DNA of 59,378 nucleotides, counting the filler. It is 5 parts of 5 records of this genome, joined end to end, with 100 filler letters (N's around TTAATTAATTAA, not from the genome) between each part and the next. Parts side by side here need not be neighbours in the genome. Positions count along the whole stretch, not along the records: positions 17,462 to 39,789 come from DRR723986_9182; 4 more parts are not named here. One strand, given 5' to 3'. A model generated the notes under the pieces. That model was not told the DNA's origin, ran no database searches, and saw nothing but the letters and a program-made list of their open reading frames with translations. A program made the translations under genes and the position numbers. Shown piece after piece: positions 20,901 through 28,133 of this stretch. Position 1 is the stretch's first letter; each line of letters opens with the position of its first letter.

Positions 20901-21943
20901 GTGTCTGGATCCTCTGGGTTCATGATCATATCAATGACACCTGTGTCGTCGTTGACGTAAAGCACCTGAGTCCAGGTTTCGCCGCCATCGGTCGTCTTGT
21001 AGACACCACGTTGTCGATTCGGACCGTATAGGCGGCCCAGAGCACCGACGTAGACGGTGTCGCTGTCGGTAGGATGGATGAGAACGCGACCAATCTGGTA
21101 GGTCTCCTCCAGACCAACGTGTTCGAACGTCTTGCCACCATCGACAGACTTGTAGACGCCATTGCCGTAGGAAACAGAATTACGAGGGTTTGCTTCGCCC
21201 GTTCCGACCCAAACGACATCTTTGTTCTGAGGGTCAACGGCGATTGCGCCGATCGAAACCGTTTCTTCCGAATCAAATTGATGTTCGACGGTGACACCCT
21301 GGTTGGTTGTTTTCAGAATCCCGCCCGAGGCAGTTGCAAAATGCCACTGGAATGGATCTTGCTTGCTGACTTCAATGTCGACGATTCTTCCAGCCATGTT
21401 TGCTGGTCCCAATTCTCGCCATGAGACCTGCTCTAGCCATTCTTCGTCGACCTTCAATACAACAGGTTGTTCCTTGCGAGCCTGCTGGCCACGACGTCTG
21501 CCCGTGGACTGTTGTTGCTGAGCGGCGGGCGTCTTCGCTTCGGAAGTCTCCTTCTCTGCTGTCTTCTCCGTCTTTTCAGACGCTTCAGTTGAACCCTTGC
21601 CTTCTACTTTCTTGTCCTGGGACTTCGCTTCGGCCTTGGGTTGCGTCTTAGGTGACGCTTCAGATTTTTTGGATTCGGTCTTCTTCCCTTCGGCTACGGG
21701 GACAGGAGTATCCGCTTTGGCTGTAGCGGTTGCCGATGCAGTATCATGCTCTCCAAGCTTTTCGAGTCGTTTTAGGACGCTCTCGAGCTGTTTCTCGATC
21801 TGGTCAATTCGTTTGGACGTGTGAGGTGACTTTTGTCCTTTCTGTTTCGAAGCCTTTTCCTGCTTCGATTCTTGTGCGTTTACGCATGGCGCCGCGCTCG
21901 CCAGGCAGACGGAAAGAATTGCAACCAACGGTGAAAATCTCAT
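17942..21943 (-). CDS. Secreted Asp-box (BNR; VPS10/sortilin- or GH74-like) beta-propeller protein with three inserted PDZ domains
   Basis: Signal peptide from MRFSPLVAIL; about ten S/TxDxGxxW/F Asp-boxes; three PDZ units (FLGL, YLGV, YMGI with PA/SAxxxGLKxxD-type motifs). Confidence 0.85.
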   Translation of the reverse strand: MRFSPLVAILSVCLASAAPCVNAQESKQEKASKQKGQKSPHTSKRIDQIEKQLESVLKRLEKLGEHDTASATATAKADTPVPVAEGKKTESKKSEASPKTQPKAEAKSQDKKVEGKGSTEASEKTEKTAEKETSEAKTPAAQQQQSTGRRRGQQARKEQPVVLKVDEEWLEQVSWRELGPANMAGRIVDIEVSKQDPFQWHFATASGGILKTTNQGVTVEHQFDSEETVSIGAIAVDPQNKDVVWVGTGEANPRNSVSYGNGVYKSVDGGKTFEHVGLEETYQIGRVLIHPTDSDTVYVGALGRLYGPNRQRGVYKTTDGGETWTQVLYVNDDTGVIDMIMNPEDPDTIIAALWNRKRDGFDGWPGSEPKPEGIDGYDPIRKWGPGAGLYKTTDGGSNWKKLSKGLPTSNLGRVGLDWQSKGPHVIYAIIDCEDIGKGPKPFTGFLGLVGVDGEDGPVISQVFPNSPAEKAGAKVGDKLISVEGSEVEKYDALTDALREKKIGQRITLKLARGDEQIEISTKLAPRPGSRTPAPAVYLGVTGGDSEGNIVLRSVTDGGPAAQAGLKAKDVIVSFAGQKPENYQKLVEAVREMADGDKVAVEVMRGEETVKLDVTIKNRPAQGGTQRQSGAYMGIQGQDNQGGGALMTVVTDGGPSAKGGLKSGDIINKVGDDKIESYNDLIGQIRSRQPGDKMELVVRRKEKDVKLTITLGDRNNSSTSSRPYTYSYYGQTPNAQDMQGADGYKYGGIYKSTDAGETWTRVNSLNTRPMYFSVIRVDPSDENRIYVMGVSQFQSNNGGLTFTSDFGRGVHADAHDLWIDPGDGRHMIIGGDGGFYVTYDYGRNWDHINTAAIGQFYHVAIRPTEPYWVVGGLQDNGSWGGPAISKTGGAINEDWISIGGGDGFVCRVDPNDPDLIYYESQNGGMARRNLRTGDRGSIRPQREQGLEYRFNWKTPFILSPHNSKIFLTAGNYVFRSLDRGTDLKRISPEITLTKRGSATALAQSPRDEDVMYVGTDDGALWATVDGGEEWTNITENLGAPRPMWVATIDASKFVDGRVYVTLDGHRSDDDAAYVYVSEDYGKTFTALHSNLPRGSSRCLREDISNPNMLMLGTEFGFFISLDRGKNWTQFNQTLPTVAIHDLAQHPSNGEVVLATHGRSLWAFDATPLRQIDPKKLTSEPVFMKPQELVRWRSDARRGGTNRRFRADNPSSGAAMWYTLPEKVKSAVVEIEDISGKKVAELKGAVEPGLHRASWNLRSTVGRRVSFAATGSYRATLIVDGEEVQSHVLEIVRDPNTPADAVADEVYEAAIEADELRASAKKAAKRQGLDYRSDF

Positions 21944-22295
21944 GTGGGCAAAATCCGATTCATCAGGAGGTGGGGAAGTTACGGAGGGAACACTGTCCAA
22001 TTGTAGTTATTGTGACGACGGATTTCGACTAACCGTCCGCCTGGTTTCACACTTCAGCGGATTCTGCGTGCTGGCATGCCTGTGCGGACTTGATGGAAGA
22101 CTCCGATTGTGAAGATGCTGAGTACTGCGCGGTCGGTAACGCGGGAATTGAGCACTTTACTTTCCCAAGGGGCGAGGGATGAACCCAGCGGGGGGCTACA
22201 TTTTCGAGTCCTTTCGCGCCCAAAGGATTGAGTCTTCCACGATATTGACTCGCGTCCTGATTACACCTCACACCGTGCACAAGAAGGGGATTACG

Positions 22296-23726
22296 TTGTC
22301 TGCCGAAAAAGAAGCAACACCAACAAACGAGGCTTCAGACACGCAACCCGATGCAGCAGTAGCTGACCAACTGGCCGACAATACGCAGGCCGAAGTGGAA
22401 ACAGGTGATGTAAGCGCTGAAGGCAAAGAACAAGCGGATGCAGCAGCCACGGAAACCGATTCCGTGGAAGCAGCAGATGAAACCGAAGGTGCCATTGAAG
22501 TTGCCGTTTCGGGTGACGCCCAGCCTATCGACGCAGAAGAAGGTGAAGGTGCGAGCGAGCCAGTTGAGGTTGCTGTTAAAAGCGGTGATGCTGAGGCGGG
22601 TGACGTCGAGTCCGGTGGATCGGACGATAACGTGTCCGATGAGAACGAAGCAGCCCCTGAGCCAGACGCCCCAAAACTGGGCCTAGTTGGCAAAGTTCTC
22701 AATAATTACAAAGTGATCTCTGCATGCATCGTTTCGCTCGTTGTCGGATTTGCAGCAAGCGGCCTGATGTCTGGCGAAGAACCAGAGGTTGAGGAAGAGG
22801 TTGCAGTCGGCGTTGAAAAGCCACGCTTTGTCGCAGCGATTAGTCGACGCGGGGAAGCGATTCGCCCGCTGGTTCCGTTCGACGATCTTGATGAGCATGT
22901 CGTCGAACTGGGCAAGAAACTTTTTCACGATCCAGCACTGTCGGGAAACGGCAGAGTATCGTGCTCGAGCTGCCATGTGATTTCCTCCGGCGGTGCTGAT
23001 GGCAAGCCGTTGGCGGAAGGTGTTGATCACCAGTTCGGTGATAAGAATACCCTCAGCGTACTCAACTCAGCGTACAACTTCGTACAGTTCTGGGATGGGC
23101 GAGTCGAAACGCTCGAAGAACAAATCGACGGCCCGCTACTGAACCCGATCGAGATGGACTCCGACTGGGGCCGCATTCTCAAATACCTGAAGACCAACAA
23201 ACTCTACTTGAACGCCTTCGAAGACCACCTTGGCGGGGAGCCTAATGAAGACCGCGTCCGCCAGGCAATTGCAACTTATGAACGTTCGTTGGTGACTCCA
23301 AACTCAACGTTCGATCAATGGCTCGCTGGCGACGAGAAGGCACTCAACGGCGACGAGTATGCTGGCTACTTCCTTTTCAAGAAGATGAACTGCATGGGCT
23401 GCCACAATGGCCCTGGAGTTGGTGGCAATAGTTTTGAGAAACTCGGTAAGTTCAAGGCTTACTTCAACAAGCATAACCCAGGCCGAGAGTCTGACCTTGG
23501 AAGGTTCTTGATCACGGGCGAAGAGCACGACAAGTACGTTTTCCGTGTTCCGCAGCTACGAAACGTTGAACTAACGGGGCCGTACTTCCACGACGGATCA
23601 GTCGAGAGTCTGGACGAAGCGGTCAGGTTGATGATTGAACATCAAGTTGGGCTGGAGGCGTCTGATCAATCTGTTAAACAGATCGTCTCTTTCCTGAAGA
23701 CTTTGACCGGCGAGATTCCGCGTTAG
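22296..23726 (+). CDS. Di-heme cytochrome c peroxidase (CcpA/MauG family) with long acidic N-terminus and membrane anchor
   Basis: CSSCH and CMGCH heme motifs, QFWDGR, NPIEM, FRVPQLRNV, PYFHDG; TTG start after AAGGGGA. Confidence 0.88.
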   Translation: MSAEKEATPTNEASDTQPDAAVADQLADNTQAEVETGDVSAEGKEQADAAATETDSVEAADETEGAIEVAVSGDAQPIDAEEGEGASEPVEVAVKSGDAEAGDVESGGSDDNVSDENEAAPEPDAPKLGLVGKVLNNYKVISACIVSLVVGFAASGLMSGEEPEVEEEVAVGVEKPRFVAAISRRGEAIRPLVPFDDLDEHVVELGKKLFHDPALSGNGRVSCSSCHVISSGGADGKPLAEGVDHQFGDKNTLSVLNSAYNFVQFWDGRVETLEEQIDGPLLNPIEMDSDWGRILKYLKTNKLYLNAFEDHLGGEPNEDRVRQAIATYERSLVTPNSTFDQWLAGDEKALNGDEYAGYFLFKKMNCMGCHNGPGVGGNSFEKLGKFKAYFNKHNPGRESDLGRFLITGEEHDKYVFRVPQLRNVELTGPYFHDGSVESLDEAVRLMIEHQVGLEASDQSVKQIVSFLKTLTGEIPR

Positions 23727-23782
23727 TTCGACCGACTAGTTCTGCCGGGAGTAGTCGACAGTCCGGCAACGGGTCCTGCGAT

Positions 23783-24136
23783 TCATGGCTCTCTGCAGAG
23801 CTGGTGGCCCCACATTCCTTTGTGCTTAATGATCTCAATGTCGTCAAGGACTTGAACCTGGCACGCCAAGCGAAGCTTGTTCTCAGATCGATGCGGCGGG
23901 AAGGACAGACGCGCTGTTTCGATGAGTGTTGCGTTCGTTACGCATTCCGCCAGATCGACGCCTTCCTGTGCCGATCGGATTTCGACTGCACAGGTGCCAC
24001 ATGTTCCGATTCCGCGACAATGGATGTGTTTGGCGATACCATTGTAAAGCGGTAGTTGCCTTTTCAGCAGAACGCTTCGAAGATTCTCGCCAGCAGTGCA
24101 TGTGATTGTATCTTCGCCGAATTGAATTGTCGGCAC
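23783..24136 (-). CDS. 2Fe-2S ferredoxin
   Basis: CRGIGTCGTC...RLACQ; GAGG before GTG. Confidence 0.9.
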   Translation of the reverse strand: MPTIQFGEDTITCTAGENLRSVLLKRQLPLYNGIAKHIHCRGIGTCGTCAVEIRSAQEGVDLAECVTNATLIETARLSFPPHRSENKLRLACQVQVLDDIEIIKHKGMWGHQLCREP

Positions 24137-24422
24137 GTCGTCTACCTCAGGTTCTGAATTTTCGAACTCTCAACTTCTCGCGGATGTCTTCCTACGCTTT
24201 CGCCGCGGGGCCTGTGGTCTGTCTGCTCGCATTGGCACAGAGTCTCGTCCAGGAGTGTAGCTCGCGATCAAGACCTATTACGGCCGAAGCTCTTCGCTGG
24301 CTTACACCTCGGGGCTATTTCAAATAGCCAAAAAGCAAAGCGGTGGAGCCATTGCCACAGGACGCACCTCGCTTTGCTATCATGACCGCGTAACGACGCA
24401 CCGCTCATTGGAGACTTGCGCG

Positions 24423-24542
24423 ATGACGTGGGAGAAGTTTATGATCGCTGTCGCTGTGACATTCTTCATCTTTCTGTTCTTCTTTTCCAAGAAAGGCGAC
24501 GGAGACGATTGGGGCAGCTCCTGGGATGACTTTGGCGACTGA
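24423..24542 (+). CDS. Putative 39-aa single-pass membrane protein (below the ORF-track cutoff)
   Basis: GGAG then MTWEKFMIAVAVTFFIFLFFFSKKGDGDDWGSSWDDFGD*. Confidence 0.55.
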   Translation: MTWEKFMIAVAVTFFIFLFFFSKKGDGDDWGSSWDDFGD

Positions 24543-24685
24543 AACAGTTGACAAGTCCACGGAATTTCATCTGCGGGCTTAGATTCTCGCATCGAGGACG
24601 GACTGGACTCATCAACTTCGGCGATTCAATTTTGTGGCTATCGCGACCGAAGTGTACCGATTGATATTGGCAGAATGGCAGGACC

Positions 24686-26698
24686 ATGATCCCTTTGAGA
24701 TTCAAACGCACGGATAAAGCTCTAGTTCTGTTGCTTGTTCTGTTGTTCTGTACGGCGGCTACTGGGCAAGAGGCAGGTACGGCGAAGAGTCTGGTTGAGG
24801 CAGTCGTCCGCCCCACTACAGTGAAGTGGCGAGGATATGAAAAGAAGGTCTTCAGCTTCGAGAAACAACGGGCATTTGTAGTTGCTCCCAAGGTGGCAGC
24901 CGCCGGAAATCCGTGGATTTGGCGCACGTCGTTCCCTGACTTTCATGCCGAAGTTGATGAAGAACTGTTGCATTGTGGGTTTCATGTTGCCTTCATCGAT
25001 GTCGTCCAAATGCTGGGCTCAGACTCGTCGCTCGACATTATGGATTCTTTCTACGAACACGTTCGCCACCGCTGGCAGCTTGCGGAGCGTCCTGCCTTGG
25101 AGCCCTGTAGCAGAGGTGGTTTGCACGCATATCGATTCGCGGCCCGGCACCCAGATCGTATTGCCTGCATCTTCGGTGACGTCCCAGTGATGGATCTGAA
25201 GAGTTGGCCGATGGGTTGGCCCGATGCAAAGAAACAGGTTTCGGATGCGCTTCGTTTCTATGGTTTCGCATCACAAGAAGAGCTACTGCAGTTTCGCGGA
25301 AATCCGATTGATCTCTTGGAACCAATTGCCAAGGCAAGGATCCCGCTTCGACATGCGATTTGTCTGAACGATCAAGTTGTCCCACCGGAGCAGAATACAC
25401 TGGAGGCAAGAAGAAGACTCAGAGCGCTAGGGCATGACCTTGACCTGGTCGTCGTCGAAGCGTCTGATCGCCTGCATGGACATCACTTCGACATGCCAAG
25501 GGTGATGGAGTCAGTTGGCTTCGTCCTGCGGCATGCGAGCGTCCTGCCCAAGAAGCAACCGCTGGAGAAGGCGCACGCTAACGGTGAACTTCACAACGAG
25601 GACTACTTTGTCCTTCGCAATGGGTTGGCCAATTGTCGAACCGTGTTTGCCGAGAACAAACGTGGACGAGTCGTCTTTCTGGGTGGCTCGATTACTCACG
25701 GGAGTGGTTGGCGCGACGAAGTGATGCGGTACTTGCGATTGCGTTTTCCGGAAACCGACTTTGATTTCGTGGAAGCTGGCATTCCGTCGGTGGGCTCCAA
25801 CGGGCATGCGTTTCGCATCGAGCGGGATGTGCTGTCACAAGGACCTGTCGACCTAGTTTTTGTCGAAGCGGCGGTGAACGACGGGTCGAATATTCCCGAT
25901 CAGCCCAACACCATGCGGCGTGCCATGGAGGGAGTTGTCCGGCATTTGCGCCGTGACAATCCAATGACAGACATTGTGCATCTTCATTTCGCGATGCAAC
26001 CACAACTAGAGGACTACCAAGCGGGCCACGTTCCTACGCCGATCCGAGAACACGAGCTTGCCGCAGAGCACTACGGCTGTACGACGGTAAACATCACTCG
26101 CGAAGTCGCCGATCGCATTGCCGCCGGCCAGTTTACTTGGGCGAGCGGATTCCGCAGCAATGTCCATCCGCCGCCTTTTGGTCACACGTTATATGCAAAC
26201 AGCATTAAACGGATGCTCGAGGCTGCCTTCGAACTTGATGCTTCAGCAAAACCGCATCATCTGCCAGATCGCCTTGTCGACCCGGCTAGCTATGTCCGTG
26301 GCAGGTTCGGCAACCTTGAAGATGCCAAGCTAGGTGATGGTTTTTCGCTTGTGCCTGAATGGATGCCCGAGAAGGGCCGCACTCGGGAAGGCTTCGCTGG
26401 CGTGTCGGCACTGGTGGCGGATGCGGCCGGCGCGAAATTCACTTACGCATTTGACGGCACTGCAATCGGACTATTCCTGGCTGCCGGATACGATAGCGGC
26501 GTGATAAAGTACCAAATCGACGGCGGCGAGATAAAGACTGTCGACACAGCGACGCGATGGAGCAAGGGACTGCATCTGCCGTGGCCGATGATTCTGGCAG
26601 ATGGTTTAGCGCCCGGAAAACACACTCTCACTGTCGAAACTACGGACCAGGCTGCCGGGCGGACAGCGTTGCACGTAATCCACATCCTAGAGAACTAA
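24686..26698 (+). CDS. Secreted alpha/beta-hydrolase plus SGNH/GDSL esterase fusion
   Basis: PCSRGG nucleophile elbow, DQVVP, GHH; FLGGSIT, EAAVND, NVHP; C-terminal beta-rich domain. Confidence 0.8.
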   Translation: MIPLRFKRTDKALVLLLVLLFCTAATGQEAGTAKSLVEAVVRPTTVKWRGYEKKVFSFEKQRAFVVAPKVAAAGNPWIWRTSFPDFHAEVDEELLHCGFHVAFIDVVQMLGSDSSLDIMDSFYEHVRHRWQLAERPALEPCSRGGLHAYRFAARHPDRIACIFGDVPVMDLKSWPMGWPDAKKQVSDALRFYGFASQEELLQFRGNPIDLLEPIAKARIPLRHAICLNDQVVPPEQNTLEARRRLRALGHDLDLVVVEASDRLHGHHFDMPRVMESVGFVLRHASVLPKKQPLEKAHANGELHNEDYFVLRNGLANCRTVFAENKRGRVVFLGGSITHGSGWRDEVMRYLRLRFPETDFDFVEAGIPSVGSNGHAFRIERDVLSQGPVDLVFVEAAVNDGSNIPDQPNTMRRAMEGVVRHLRRDNPMTDIVHLHFAMQPQLEDYQAGHVPTPIREHELAAEHYGCTTVNITREVADRIAAGQFTWASGFRSNVHPPPFGHTLYANSIKRMLEAAFELDASAKPHHLPDRLVDPASYVRGRFGNLEDAKLGDGFSLVPEWMPEKGRTREGFAGVSALVADAAGAKFTYAFDGTAIGLFLAAGYDSGVIKYQIDGGEIKTVDTATRWSKGLHLPWPMILADGLAPGKHTLTVETTDQAAGRTALHVIHILEN

Positions 26699-26750
26699 CA
26701 AACGCTCACCGAACAAAAAGCCGGGGAACGTTCGCCGTTCGGGAGTGTTT

Positions 26751-28133
26751 CTAAAGGTCGCGCTGTTCCTCATCCAACTGCTCGCGTCTGCGCTTCTGCT
26801 TTGAATAAGCAAGCAGGCTAATTCCGACCGCAGCAGTGGCCGTTGCGATGTACGGACGATTGCCGGTCAATTGCGATTCATCGGAGCGTTCAAGTAAATT
26901 GCCACCCGCGTTCTCAGAATCCTGCTCACTCCAGTGCTCCAGTAGAGCAGTGCCAATTGGCGAATTCCAAGCAGATGCAATCGCCTGCATAACCTCTGGG
27001 GAAATTTGTGGTTCTTCACCCAACGGGGAGTCGGTCGCGTCAATTGACATCAGACCGTCAATTAGCACAAATCCTTGCTCCGCGATTCGTCCGCTGACGA
27101 TCGCTGATCTAAGCCGCTTGAGCGATTCGATCCGAAGCTGTTCATCTGGGGCGTCCCCAGCGAAGGATTCTAGCTGCCCGAGCAGATTGCGTAGTGCTTT
27201 GATCTCACCCACGGAGTCCTCCTGCCCCGACAGCAGCTCAATCTGGGCACGGATGACGCTGCGCAGTTCAGGCAGTTCAATCGGCTGTACCGTTCGGAAG
27301 GCTACCGAACTTTGTGTATCGACTTGCCGAAGCGTCAGATCAGACCGAACGTTAACGACGTCGTCGAGCGGTGCGGCTAAGTTGTCATTGGCGAGTGTTT
27401 CGCTGTTTGATGTATTTGATTCTTGCACGTCGTCACTGTCTGCAGCAGGTTCGGCAGCAGCAGGACCTTCTCCTTCGGCAACCAGCCCACCGCGGAAGCC
27501 AGGGGGCGGCGGCAAGTCGACAGGTGGCCGAGAACCCTCCGGTGCAACGTAGAATGCTTGCGGAGGCCTCGTCCGCAAGTCGACGAAGAATTCACCGGGT
27601 AGAGACCGTTCGCTGCCAGTCTGCTGCGAGACTTCAACCGATCTGTCGAGTGAATCGCTTAGTTCCGACGTAATGCGGAGTGCGCCAATCGGTGCTGGGC
27701 CAAAGCTGATATTGCCCAGGCGTGAGCGTATGACGCGAGGTTGCAATGCGTTGTTATTCGGGGGAAATGATGTTTGCGGCGGCTGGCTAGACTCTCCACC
27801 GACGAAGCCACCTCCAGGTCGCCCTTGAGGACGTGATCCGCGTGGAGGATCAAGATCGGCGGGGCGGGGCCGTGCGGACGGGGCAGTGTCAAGATTGGAG
27901 CTGGAGACAGTTTGCTTCAACTGCTGGACGGTTCCAACGTTCCGTAGTTCGGTCGCCAGGCTTTCCAGAGCGGCCGGATTCGTGGGCCCAATAAATGCCG
28001 GGATCGAATCACCAGCGCCTGGAGCGAAGCCGAGCAGGTTGGCGGCGAGTAGTTGCCGTGATTCCAAATACTCTAGACCTAGTCTGCGTGAAGTCGTCGG
28101 TTTATTTTTACGTTCTGAGTGTCTCTTTCTCAT
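26751..28133 (-). CDS. Planctomycete extracellular-motif protein with C-terminal membrane anchor
   Basis: N-terminal RRLGLEYLESRQLLA; Pro-rich body; C-terminal hydrophobic stretch plus KQKRRR; ATGA overlap with the kinase gene. Confidence 0.75.
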   Translation of the reverse strand: MRKRHSERKNKPTTSRRLGLEYLESRQLLAANLLGFAPGAGDSIPAFIGPTNPAALESLATELRNVGTVQQLKQTVSSSNLDTAPSARPRPADLDPPRGSRPQGRPGGGFVGGESSQPPQTSFPPNNNALQPRVIRSRLGNISFGPAPIGALRITSELSDSLDRSVEVSQQTGSERSLPGEFFVDLRTRPPQAFYVAPEGSRPPVDLPPPPGFRGGLVAEGEGPAAAEPAADSDDVQESNTSNSETLANDNLAAPLDDVVNVRSDLTLRQVDTQSSVAFRTVQPIELPELRSVIRAQIELLSGQEDSVGEIKALRNLLGQLESFAGDAPDEQLRIESLKRLRSAIVSGRIAEQGFVLIDGLMSIDATDSPLGEEPQISPEVMQAIASAWNSPIGTALLEHWSEQDSENAGGNLLERSDESQLTGNRPYIATATAAVGISLLAYSKQKRRREQLDEEQRDL

